Of a DNA stretch of 64,000 bases, positions 25,533 to 34,608 are shown one piece after another. This stretch comes from Acidimicrobiia bacterium (GTDB lineage: Bacteria; Actinomycetota; Acidimicrobiia; Spongiisociales; UBA5794), in contig JAUIIM010000001.1 in NCBI GenBank assembly GCA_030431785.1, positions 70,409 to 134,408 of the forward strand, in the 5' to 3' direction. Numbering within the stretch: the first letter of the stretch is position 1; each line of letters begins with the position of its first letter. Position numbers and translations under genes: made by a program. The notes under the pieces are model-generated. The model was given only the letters and a program-made list of their open reading frames with translations, searched no databases and was not told the DNA's origin.

Positions 25533-26420
25533 ATGCCTCGTCAGATGTCGCCGCTCGTCGCAACCGTGACCCTCGCAGCGGTCGCCGTGATGTGGGGTGC
25601 GATTCCCCTGTTCGTCCGGACCGACGTGCCAGCAGCTGGGTTGGTCGGGGTGCGGGTCACGTTCGGGGCGATCACTTTGCTCGTCGGTGCTGCGGTCGTC
25701 GGGCGGCTCCGGTTCCCCACCGTCCACCGCCGGCGCGTCGCGCTCTGTGGTGTCCTCCTCACCATCCACTGGGTCACCTTCTTCGCTGCGATCAAGCTGA
25801 CGACCGTCGCGATCGCCCTCGCGATCATGTACCTCGGGCCGATCGCCGCTGCGATCCTGTCCGGCCCGATCCTGGGGGAGCGCGTGTCGGGAACGCTGTG
25901 GATTGCTCTCGCTGTGGCTGCTACCGGCACGCTGTTCGTCGTTCAGCCCTGGGGTTTCGGAGAAGGCGAGCTGTCACCAATTGGGATAGGGATGGCAGCC
26001 CTCTCCGGTGCATCGCTCGCGGCGATCATGATCGTCGCAAAGCCAGCTGCATCGGTGCTTGGTGGTCTCATCCTGTCGATCGGCGAGCTGACGATCGCAT
26101 CGATCCTCCTCGCTCCAGCGACGGTCGGTGCCATCGCGGAACACTCGGACCAGATGGTCAACTTCCTGATCCTCGGGGTGGTGTTCACGGGTCTGGCGAA
26201 CCTCGTCTACTGGGAGGTGTACCGCGTGCTGCCGGTCGCTTCCGTGTCGACCATCATGTACATCGAACCGGCATCCGCCGTCATGTGGGCTCTGGCATTC
26301 CTCGATGAGGCGCCGACGCCGCTCACATGGCTCGGCGTCGCGCTCGTCATCGTGGGTGGGTTCATGTCCAGTACGGTTGGTGGAGCGCGGGAGGAGTACG
26401 TTGTCCCAGCCAATCTTTGA
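25533..26420 (+). CDS. EamA/DMT-superfamily transporter
   Basis: ORF 25407..26420, trimmed to ATG 25533 (MPRQMSPLVATVTLAAVAVMWGAIPLF). Ten hydrophobic segments in two EamA-like halves. Confidence 0.8.
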   Translation: MPRQMSPLVATVTLAAVAVMWGAIPLFVRTDVPAAGLVGVRVTFGAITLLVGAAVVGRLRFPTVHRRRVALCGVLLTIHWVTFFAAIKLTTVAIALAIMYLGPIAAAILSGPILGERVSGTLWIALAVAATGTLFVVQPWGFGEGELSPIGIGMAALSGASLAAIMIVAKPAASVLGGLILSIGELTIASILLAPATVGAIAEHSDQMVNFLILGVVFTGLANLVYWEVYRVLPVASVSTIMYIEPASAVMWALAFLDEAPTPLTWLGVALVIVGGFMSSTVGGAREEYVVPANL

Positions 26421-27540
26421 GGTCACCGGTCTACGCGTTGCGGTGTTCGACCAGGACCGATCGATCGCCGGGATCCCGGGACCCATCACCGACGACGGAG
26501 AGGAGCTTTCGCCCGGTTGGGTCGAGGTGATCCCCTCGATCGACTACGCCGTCGCCGAAGGCGAGTCCCTCGCGTTCGTCGGTGAGTCGGCGTCGGGCAA
26601 GTCGCTGACACTGATGGGAGCGTTCGGGCTCCTCTCGTCCGGTGCCCGAGTGATCGGTGGTATCACGCGATACCGCGATCTCCAGTACGAACCCGGCGGG
26701 GGTCGGTTGCCGACCGAGCGAGAGGCGACCTGGCGTGAGCGACGCAAGGAGAAGAAGCGTCGACCTACGTCGGGAACGGTCGCCGACGACATCGGTGACG
26801 AAGACTGGGCACGCCTGGTCGGGACCGACGTGGGCTTTCTGTTCCAGAATCCTGTGGGTTCCTGGACCCCGGTCGAGGTGATCGGAACGCAGTCGGGTGA
26901 GGCGTTGGGCTATCACTCCGACCTCACACAGGACGAGATCGAGGACCGGGTGTTCGATGCCTTGGGCGAAGTGAAACTCCCGAAGTCGAACCGTCTGTTC
27001 AACGCATTCAGCAACGAGCTGTCACGGGGGATGGCACAGCGAGCGATGCTGGCCGCAGCGCTCACCAAGGCGCCGCACCTCTTGATCGCCGACGAACCGC
27101 TCAACGGCCTCGACGCACCGGTCGCCGCAGCGATCATGGATCTGATCCTCGACATGCGTGAGAAGCGTTCGATGGCGATGGTGCTGGTCACCCACGATCT
27201 CGCTGCCGTCGCCCGCGTTGCGGACCGCATCGCCGTCATCTACTCAGGTGTGATCATCGAGGAGGGAACGGCGATCGATCTCTTCCATGCACCGAAGCAT
27301 CCCTACACGGCGGGACTGATCGGATCGATTCCGGGACTCAGCCATGGCCGACTCAAGCACATCGAAGGGGAAGCGCCTCGACTCCCGGACACCGACCGGA
27401 CCGGATGCGTCTTCGTTGCGAGGTGTGAGTTCGCAACCGATCTGTGCCGCTCGACACCCCCAGAACCCCAAAGGATCGGTACCACCACGGTCCGCTGTCA
27501 CTATGCGACCGAACTGGAACTGAAGGGGATCAACGACTGA
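26401..27540 (+). CDS. OppD/DppD-like ABC ATPase with a basic insertion; no cognate permease or binding protein adjacent
   Basis: ORF 26305..27540. Proposed TTG start at 26401, after GGGAGGAG (GTG 26380 is an alternative). Walker A GESASGKS. About 45 extra residues (YRDLQYEPGGGRLPTEREATWRERRKEKKRRPTSGTVADD) come before the FQNP Q-loop. LSRGMAQR signature, LLIADEP Walker B, and an oligopeptide-type C-terminus HPYTAGLIGSIP. Overlaps the EamA stop by 20 nt. Confidence 0.7.
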   Translation: MSQPIFEVTGLRVAVFDQDRSIAGIPGPITDDGEELSPGWVEVIPSIDYAVAEGESLAFVGESASGKSLTLMGAFGLLSSGARVIGGITRYRDLQYEPGGGRLPTEREATWRERRKEKKRRPTSGTVADDIGDEDWARLVGTDVGFLFQNPVGSWTPVEVIGTQSGEALGYHSDLTQDEIEDRVFDALGEVKLPKSNRLFNAFSNELSRGMAQRAMLAAALTKAPHLLIADEPLNGLDAPVAAAIMDLILDMREKRSMAMVLVTHDLAAVARVADRIAVIYSGVIIEEGTAIDLFHAPKHPYTAGLIGSIPGLSHGRLKHIEGEAPRLPDTDRTGCVFVARCEFATDLCRSTPPEPQRIGTTTVRCHYATELELKGIND

Positions 27541-27542
27541 AG

Positions 27543-27577
27543 CCCGATCTCCGATCCCCGACACCTGACCTCCTGTC
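27543..27577. repeat. Heptanucleotide microarray (CCGATCY-like), about 5 degenerate units
   Basis: CCCGATC TCCGATC CCCGACA CCTGACC TCCTGTC, starting 3 nt after the ATPase stop. Confidence 0.55.
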
Positions 27578-27690
27578 GCGTGAACCGGCGGCCCAAGGCT
27601 CTTTGTTGCCGTGACCGCACCAACAATTCGCATCTCCCGAGCGACACTGGCTAGGCTGGCCGACGTTCCGGAGGCTCAGGGACTCAACAG

Positions 27691-30600
27691 ATGAGAATTG
27701 CGACATACTTCGCTCTTGTCGTGCGTCGGGTATGGGCCAAGAAGGGCATCCTCTTCGGGTCCCTCCTCGGAGCCACCCTTGTCACCGCACTCCTCGTCGT
27801 CGTGCCCCTGTATGAGGCTTCGGTCCTCGCCGTCGACCTGAAGTTCACCATCGGGAACGCGCTCGACGATGAGGTCGATGCCACAGCGTTCAGCAATATC
27901 ACTGCCTACGCCGCGGGCGTGGGCGAGACGAATCGCGAGATCGTGTCATCGTCTCAAGAACAGTGGATCGAGCAGTGGTACCCGACCCTTGAGGAGCGGA
28001 CGCAAACACGCGAGTTCCTCGTGATCCCATCCGGGCCGGACAAGTTCATCGACTACATCGCGTTGGCCGACGAGTGGCGGGCTGAGTACGAGCAGGGCAT
28101 CGCGGACGGCGTACCGCCTGAGGAACTTCCCACCCCGCAGTACCCCCGGCCCCCACAAGAGGCGACGCAGCTGCGGATCTTCACGTCGCCAGAACTTCCT
28201 GAGCTGCTCACTGTCGTTTCCGGCGAGTACACGGAGGATGCGTCCGTGCCGAGCGACGAATTCGGTCCGTTGCAAGTCATGCTCGGTGATGAGCTCGCAT
28301 CGATCACCGGTTCCGAGGTGGGCGACACCTTCTTCATCCGTCCGTTCACCGGCGCACCGACCGTCTTCGAGTACGTGCAGGTCGCTGGCATCGTCACAGC
28401 GGCCGACCCGACCGCCAACATCTGGGGCGTCGACGATCCGTCCCTCATGATGTACCTGGATCAGGCAGTCTTCGACGACTGGATGGCCCCGGTCGCGATC
28501 GACGCCGATGTCGATCCCTGGCTGCGCAACTCCCGTGGACTCCCGGAAACCACGGTGACGCAGCGGTGGCGGCTGCCGCTCGACCGAGACTCCGTTCGGC
28601 TCGAGGAGCTCAACGAATTCCAGAACCGTCTGAACCAGTGGTCGGCCCAGGTGAGTCGTGAATCGAGCGGTGCGATCCCAACCACGACGTTCGTCAACAA
28701 CCTTATCGACGAGTTCACCACCCGCAGCGTGGTCGTCGGCGGTCCGATCCTGGCGATGTTGGCGCTCGTGGTCGGCGGTGCGATCTACTTCCTCGTCTAT
28801 TCGGCTGCCATGACCGTCGAGCGTGAGGGCTCCGAGATCGCGCTCCTCAAGTCGCGCGGGGCATCGTCGACCCAGACGATCGGTATCCACATCGGTCAAT
28901 CGTTCGTGGTTGCGACCATCGCCGCGCTCCTTGCACCGTTGGTCGCCCGATGGCTCGTTGGCTTCACCGGAAGGGTGCCTCCGCTGTCGACGCTGACCGG
29001 AGGCGACCCTCTCGAGGTTGCGCAACAGCGATCCGTCGTGCCATTCATGATCGCCGGTGGCATTCTCACGTTCCTGTCGATGGGCGTCGCCATCATTCCG
29101 TATGCCAGGCGCGGTGTGCTGGCGCTTCGGTCACTCGCAGCGCGGCCCGGTTCCAAGTCGGTGTGGCAGAAGTACAACCTCGACCTCTTCGCCATCGCGC
29201 TGTCGCTCGTCCTGCTCGTCCAGTTGCGCATGCGTGGGTTCATCAACCAATCGACCGGAGAGGCGACACTCGATCCGCTTGCCGTGGTCTTCCCCGCACT
29301 GCTGTTGTTCACGGGCGCGCTGATCCTCCTTCGGCTGTTCCCGTTCGTGCTGCGGTTCGTGGGTTGGATCCTCACCAAGCCGAGATCCCTTGCCACGGCA
29401 CTCACGGGGTGGCATCTGGGACGGAATCCGGTCCCGTACGGTCGTCTCGCTCTGCTCGTGTGGGTCACGACCGGGCTTGGTGCCTTTGCGCTCACCTACG
29501 CTGCCACACTCGAGGATTCGTATGCAGACAGGGCGGCGTTCGCAGCGGGTGCCGATGTGCGCATCGTCGGCGAAGAAGCAGGGTACTCCTCGGTTCCCGA
29601 GGGAAGCATCGGGACCCCGGTCACTCGTACGGTTGGGTCGCCGCGGCTCTCCACCCGTCGGGCCGAGGTCCTTGCAGTCGATCCGGTCGAGTTCAGTGAG
29701 GTGGTCAAGTGGCGCCCTGACTTCGGCGCTGATACGGCCGCTGAGGTCTTTCTCCAGCTGCGTCCGGACGGAGCGGTGCCTGACGTCGGCATCGAGATCC
29801 CAGACGGTGCGACGCATATCCACATGGAAGGCGTCATCGTTCCGCCATCGCTCGCCGAGGAGGCGGCAGACCCGGAGCTCGCCTCACGTGACTACCGCCT
29901 GATGCTCATGGTGATGGACGCACGAACGCGCGTCTGGATCATGCCGGCCGACGTCGACTTCACGGACACCGAGTGGCGCACGGTGTCGGTCGACTTGTCG
30001 GGCGGCCGCAACGACTTCGCCGACCCTCCCGAGCCACCGCTCGCGATTCACGCCATGTGGCTGGAGCGATCGGACTCACGCAACGGCTTCATCGTCGATG
30101 GAGGCGAGTTGTTGTGGACCTCGCTGTCCGCTGTCGGCGAGGCCGTCGACGAGTCGCTCTCGGTTGCCGAGATGACATCCGCGAACGGCATGCTCGTGTC
30201 CGAGGCGAGTGCGTCCGATGCCGCGCTCACCAAGTACAGCCAGATGCCTGAGGGGGAGGAACGCCCACCACAGGAAGAGGTCCGCCAGGACCCGTTGTGG
30301 CGGGAAGGCGAAGCAACCAAGTGGACGACGCCGGCCCGGCGGCAGCGGTCGAATCCGCTCGTGCCGCATCTCCGCCGACTCCCGGACCCGATGTACACGC
30401 TCATCGACCGAGAGGTCGGGGCGATCAGTGGACTCAACCCAGGGGACCAGTCCAGCTACACGCTCGACACGCAGGTGGTCGACGGTGAGCTCGTCGGTTA
30501 CGTCGAGGTGGTCCCAACTGCAACCGACGACCGGCTCGAAGGCCTCATGGTGGTCGACATCGTCGCCTTCAATGCGTGGATCAACGGTGTGCCGACCTGG

Positions 30601-31197
30601 TCGCTGACCGGCCCACTATCCCGCGTCGTCACACCGGATGAACTGTGGGCGGAGACCGACGCTCCAGATGCGACCATTCGGATCGCCACCGCACAGATGC
30701 CGGACCCTCCGGAGCAAATCTGGACGATTGGGCTTGCTGAGGCGGACTTCTCGTCCCGACCGATCCAGATCGGGCTCGTGGCCATCCTGTTCGTCGGTGC
30801 TGCGGTGGGCGTGGTCCTGTCACTGGCCGGTGTCACCGGATACGTACTCCTGGCCGTCAGCCGGCGCGCAAGAGAGATGGGTGTCTTGCGTGCACTCGGG
30901 TTTGAACGCAAGTCCGTCGGTGTCACGTTCGCACTCGAACAGTTCGTGGTGATCGGACTCGGTGCCGCGATCGGCGCTCTCGGTGGCGTCGCACTCGTGA
31001 GGATCATGCTGCCGTTCCTGCAATTGGGCGAGACCGCAGACGTGATCGAGCCGCCGATTGTGATCTCCATTCCGACACCGCAGCTCTTGGGCTACATCGC
31101 GATCGTCGGCGTATTGCTTCTCATCTCGGTCCTGTGGGCGACCCGCAGGGTGTCGGTGCGACGAATGAGTGAAGTCTTGAGAGAGGGGGAGCGCTGA
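27691..31197 (+). CDS. Very large FtsX/MacB-type ABC permease (two FtsX 4-TM modules with large extracytoplasmic regions)
   Basis: 1168 aa. N-terminal TM (ILFGSLLGATLVTALLVVVPL). First FtsX module around LKSRGASSTQTIGIHIGQS. Second around LRALGFERKSVGVTFALEQ. The stop overlaps the start of the next gene (ATG at 31197). Confidence 0.85.
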   Translation: MRIATYFALVVRRVWAKKGILFGSLLGATLVTALLVVVPLYEASVLAVDLKFTIGNALDDEVDATAFSNITAYAAGVGETNREIVSSSQEQWIEQWYPTLEERTQTREFLVIPSGPDKFIDYIALADEWRAEYEQGIADGVPPEELPTPQYPRPPQEATQLRIFTSPELPELLTVVSGEYTEDASVPSDEFGPLQVMLGDELASITGSEVGDTFFIRPFTGAPTVFEYVQVAGIVTAADPTANIWGVDDPSLMMYLDQAVFDDWMAPVAIDADVDPWLRNSRGLPETTVTQRWRLPLDRDSVRLEELNEFQNRLNQWSAQVSRESSGAIPTTTFVNNLIDEFTTRSVVVGGPILAMLALVVGGAIYFLVYSAAMTVEREGSEIALLKSRGASSTQTIGIHIGQSFVVATIAALLAPLVARWLVGFTGRVPPLSTLTGGDPLEVAQQRSVVPFMIAGGILTFLSMGVAIIPYARRGVLALRSLAARPGSKSVWQKYNLDLFAIALSLVLLVQLRMRGFINQSTGEATLDPLAVVFPALLLFTGALILLRLFPFVLRFVGWILTKPRSLATALTGWHLGRNPVPYGRLALLVWVTTGLGAFALTYAATLEDSYADRAAFAAGADVRIVGEEAGYSSVPEGSIGTPVTRTVGSPRLSTRRAEVLAVDPVEFSEVVKWRPDFGADTAAEVFLQLRPDGAVPDVGIEIPDGATHIHMEGVIVPPSLAEEAADPELASRDYRLMLMVMDARTRVWIMPADVDFTDTEWRTVSVDLSGGRNDFADPPEPPLAIHAMWLERSDSRNGFIVDGGELLWTSLSAVGEAVDESLSVAEMTSANGMLVSEASASDAALTKYSQMPEGEERPPQEEVRQDPLWREGEATKWTTPARRQRSNPLVPHLRRLPDPMYTLIDREVGAISGLNPGDQSSYTLDTQVVDGELVGYVEVVPTATDDRLEGLMVVDIVAFNAWINGVPTWSLTGPLSRVVTPDELWAETDAPDATIRIATAQMPDPPEQIWTIGLAEADFSSRPIQIGLVAILFVGAAVGVVLSLAGVTGYVLLAVSRRAREMGVLRALGFERKSVGVTFALEQFVVIGLGAAIGALGGVALVRIMLPFLQLGETADVIEPPIVISIPTPQLLGYIAIVGVLLLISVLWATRRVSVRRMSEVLREGER

Positions 31198-32036
31198 TGC
31201 AGCCGATCATCGACTGTCGCAATCTCATCAAGATCCACAAGCAAGGGAACCTTGAGGTGGTCGCCCTCCAGGGGCTCGACCTCGTGATGGAGCAAGGTGA
31301 GTTCATCTCCGTCGTCGGTGCGTCCGGAGCCGGCAAGTCGACGCTGCTGACGATCCTCGCCGGCTTCGAGAAGCCGTCGGCAGGCAAGGCGATCGTCGTC
31401 GACAGGGACCTCTCTGACATCAGCCCGAAGGAACTGACCCGGTACTACCGCCGGGACGTCGGATTCGTGTGGCAGGACTTCACACGGAATCTGGTTCCGT
31501 ACCTCAAGGCGGTCCAGAACGTCGAACTGCCGTTGCTCCTCGGCGGGATCTCTGGGCGCAAACGCAAACGACGTGCAATGGCACTGCTCGAGGCGGTCGG
31601 TCTGCGTGGGAAGGCCCACGCACCCGTCCACACGATGTCCGGTGGGGAGCAGCAACGGCTCGCCTTGTGCGTGGCGCTCGCACCGGGTCCCAAGCTCCTG
31701 CTCGCCGACGAGTTGACCGGTGAGCTCGACACCGAGACTTCGCTCGAGATCTTTGAACTACTCAAGACGCTCTCGCACGAGGGTGGTTTGTCGATCCTCG
31801 TCGTGACGCACGATGTCGCGATCGCGAAGCGGACAGATCGTGTGGTCCGAATCGCGGACGGACGTGTCGCAACCCAAGGCAGGCGGGGAGCGACCGAGCT
31901 CGCCGCGGTCGACCAGCGAGGGATGCTCCAGCTGCCTCGTGACATGATGATCGAAGCCGGGATCAGCGATCAGGTGCGTCTGAAGATCGTCGAGGAGGGC
32001 ATCTTGCTCCAGCCGGATGAGGAGGATCTGCGATGA
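31197..32036 (+). CDS. ABC ATPase (MacB/LolD type) with a C-terminal AbrB/SpoVT-like tail
   Basis: 279 aa. GASGAGKST, MSGGEQQRLAL, LLLADELTGELD, VVTHD. The last ~40 aa, GMLQLPRDMMIEAGISDQVRLKIVEEGILLQP, resemble a swapped-hairpin AbrB/MazE motif. Confidence 0.85.
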   Translation: MQPIIDCRNLIKIHKQGNLEVVALQGLDLVMEQGEFISVVGASGAGKSTLLTILAGFEKPSAGKAIVVDRDLSDISPKELTRYYRRDVGFVWQDFTRNLVPYLKAVQNVELPLLLGGISGRKRKRRAMALLEAVGLRGKAHAPVHTMSGGEQQRLALCVALAPGPKLLLADELTGELDTETSLEIFELLKTLSHEGGLSILVVTHDVAIAKRTDRVVRIADGRVATQGRRGATELAAVDQRGMLQLPRDMMIEAGISDQVRLKIVEEGILLQPDEEDLR

Positions 32037-32737
32037 GTCTGGAACTACGCGGCGCCTCGAAGAAGTATCCGAACGGAGCGATCGGTGCGGACAATGTCGA
32101 CCTCGTGGTGGACAAGGGGACCTTCGTGGCGTTGTTCGGCCCGTCGGGTTCGGGCAAGACCTCGCAACTCCACATGCTCGGGCTCCTCCAGCGCCCCGAC
32201 TCAGGCGAGGTGCGGATCGACAGCGAGCGGGTGGATCAGGTCTCGGAAGCCGCTGCGGCGAAGCTGCGTCGCACCAAGCTCGGCTTCGTGTTCCAGTCGG
32301 CATCGCTCCTTCGTCTCGCATCGGCACGGGAGAACGTCGACGTGTCGATGCGCCTGTCCGGCAAACGCGGTTCCGATGCCCGCCAACGCGTCGATGCCGC
32401 GCTTGCGTCGGTGGGGATGGATGGCCGCGCTGACCACCGACCCGATGAGATGTCCGGCGGTGAACAGCAGCGAGTGTCGATCGCACGAGCCCTCGTCCAC
32501 GAGCCGTCCTACCTGCTGGCCGACGAACCCACCGGTGAGCTGGACACGGCAACGGGTGCGTCGATCCTCCAGATGCTGCGTGACATCGCCGATGGCGGTA
32601 CCACCATCGTGATGGCGACCCACGATCCTGCGGCGATCGACTACGTCGACACCGCGTACTTCGTCCAGTCGGGGACGCTCCACCTCCCGAACCGAGACGA
32701 ACTCGGACTCTGGCTCACCGAAGGCACCGAGTTCTGA
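32033..32737 (+). CDS. Second ABC ATPase (MacB/LolD type) of the same operon
   Basis: 234 aa. GPSGSGKTS, MSGGEQQRVSIARAL, YLLADEPTGELD, MATHD. A 4-nt overlap with the preceding gene. Confidence 0.85.
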   Translation: MSLELRGASKKYPNGAIGADNVDLVVDKGTFVALFGPSGSGKTSQLHMLGLLQRPDSGEVRIDSERVDQVSEAAAAKLRRTKLGFVFQSASLLRLASARENVDVSMRLSGKRGSDARQRVDAALASVGMDGRADHRPDEMSGGEQQRVSIARALVHEPSYLLADEPTGELDTATGASILQMLRDIADGGTTIVMATHDPAAIDYVDTAYFVQSGTLHLPNRDELGLWLTEGTEF

Positions 32738-32848
32738 GCGAAGTCGACATCCCGTGATCGACGACTCCTCGTCTCTCATGAGGTTCGTGACTCTGACTCG
32801 GTGCTACGCCTAGCATCGACCACAATCGGCCAAGAGAGGTTTCCCGCC

Positions 32849-34573
32849 GTGGAATGGCTGTTCCAGTCCCTGATCGACCATCCGGAGATCGCCGTGTTCC
32901 TCGCCCTTGGTGGCGGCTTCTTCGTCGGGAAGTTTCAGGTCAAGGGCATCGGACTCGGTTCGGTGACCGGCACGTTGCTGGTCGGGGTGATCATCGGGGC
33001 CGTGGTATCGGTGACGGGGGACGACGGCACCGTCATGCACATCGAGATCTCGGACGTTGCGAAGCAGATTTTCTTCCTGCTGTTCCTATTCGCTCTCGGG
33101 TATCGGGTCGGTCCGCAGTTCTTCAGCGGCCTCAAAGGGAATGGGCGACCCCAGGCCATCTTCACGTTTCTCCTCATCACGATCGGCGTGGCAACGGCCA
33201 TCGGAATGTCGCTCGCACTCGGATACAACCCGGGACTCGCCGCCGGACTCACCGCCGGTGCTCTGACGCAGTCATCCATAATCGGCGTCGCTCAGGACGC
33301 GATCTCTGGACTGAGCGAGAGTGCCGACACCCTGAGCGACTGGGAAGACCTCGTCTCGGTCGGCTATGCGGTGACCTACATCTTCGGGACGATCGGTGCT
33401 GCGATCTACTGTGGCAGCATCGCCCCTCGTCTCATGGGCATCAAGGATCTCCCTGCAGCCGCAAGAGAAGATGAGATCAAGTTGGGGTTCGTCGAGTCCC
33501 CTCCCGACACGGCAAGTGCGTTCAACCGTATCGAACGTCGTGTCTTCACCCTGCCGTCGTCGGCCGGTGGATCGTCGATAGCTTCCATCGAGAGTTCCAT
33601 CGAGTCGAAAGTGACATCGCGGGTCCACATCGACCGCGCGCGTCACGGCACCGAACTCGTCGAGGTGGGGTCATCGACCCGCTTGGACGGTGGCGACGTC
33701 GTCGTGGTCGCAGCGGTGGACGTTGCTGCATTCCGTGAGCTCGAGACCGAGGGGTATCGAGAGATCGAGGACCCTGCGATTCTCGACTTCCCGGTCGAGG
33801 ACATCGCGATCGTCGTGACCCAGAGCACCGTAGCCGGGCGGTCGTTGGGGGAGCTCGGAGCACACACCGAGGCTCGTGGTGTGTTCCTCAAGTCCATCAC
33901 CAGGATGGATCATGAGCTGCCACTCCTCCCCGAGACCGAGGTCGCCGAGGGGGACATCGTGCAGGTACAGGGTCCGCGTCCGATCGTCGAGGCGATCATC
34001 CCTCACATCGGGTATCCGGAACGGACCACCCCCGAGACCGACATGGTGACGGTGGGCCTCGGAATCGTCGTCGGTGCGTTGATCGGGCTTCCGGCATTGA
34101 CCGTCGGAAACGTGCCCCTGAGCCTCACCTCCAGCGTGGGTGCCATGTTGATAGGGCTCATCATCGGGCAGCGGCGCGCGAAGTCGCCCACGTTCGGTCG
34201 CATCCCTCCGGGAGCTCAGTGGTTCTTCGAATCGGTCGGACTCGCTGCGTTCGTAGGAATCGTCGGTGTCGACTCGGGCCCCGGGTTCGTAGATGGCCTT
34301 TCTGAATACGGAGCGGGACTGTTCCTGGCAGGTGTCGTGGTGACGCTCGTACCTCTGGTCGCGTCGACGTTCATCGCCAAGTACGTATTCAAGTTCGATC
34401 CAGTTCAGGCCCTCGGAATGCTTACCGGTGCTCAAACCACGACGGCGGCCATCGGTGCCGTACGAGAGGGTGCGCAGTCGAGTGTTCCTCTCCTCGGATT
34501 CACGATCCCGTATGCGATCGGGAACATCTTCCTGTCGATCGCTGGGGCGATCGTCGTTGCCTTCCTCGCCTGA
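32849..34573 (+). CDS. aspT: Aspartate:alanine antiporter-family (AAE; AspT/YidE/YbjL) transporter with two central TrkA-C/RCK_C domains
   Basis: ORF 32801..34573. Likely GTG start at 32849, after AGAGAGG. VEWLFQSLIDHPEIAVFLALGGGFFVGKFQVKGIGLGSVTGTLLVG is the typical N-terminus. Duplicated membrane halves flank two RCK_C-like segments. Confidence 0.75.
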   Translation: MEWLFQSLIDHPEIAVFLALGGGFFVGKFQVKGIGLGSVTGTLLVGVIIGAVVSVTGDDGTVMHIEISDVAKQIFFLLFLFALGYRVGPQFFSGLKGNGRPQAIFTFLLITIGVATAIGMSLALGYNPGLAAGLTAGALTQSSIIGVAQDAISGLSESADTLSDWEDLVSVGYAVTYIFGTIGAAIYCGSIAPRLMGIKDLPAAAREDEIKLGFVESPPDTASAFNRIERRVFTLPSSAGGSSIASIESSIESKVTSRVHIDRARHGTELVEVGSSTRLDGGDVVVVAAVDVAAFRELETEGYREIEDPAILDFPVEDIAIVVTQSTVAGRSLGELGAHTEARGVFLKSITRMDHELPLLPETEVAEGDIVQVQGPRPIVEAIIPHIGYPERTTPETDMVTVGLGIVVGALIGLPALTVGNVPLSLTSSVGAMLIGLIIGQRRAKSPTFGRIPPGAQWFFESVGLAAFVGIVGVDSGPGFVDGLSEYGAGLFLAGVVVTLVPLVASTFIAKYVFKFDPVQALGMLTGAQTTTAAIGAVREGAQSSVPLLGFTIPYAIGNIFLSIAGAIVVAFLA

Positions 34574-34608
34574 GACCGACCAAGAGCCTTGCTACCAAAG
34601 GAGCAGCT

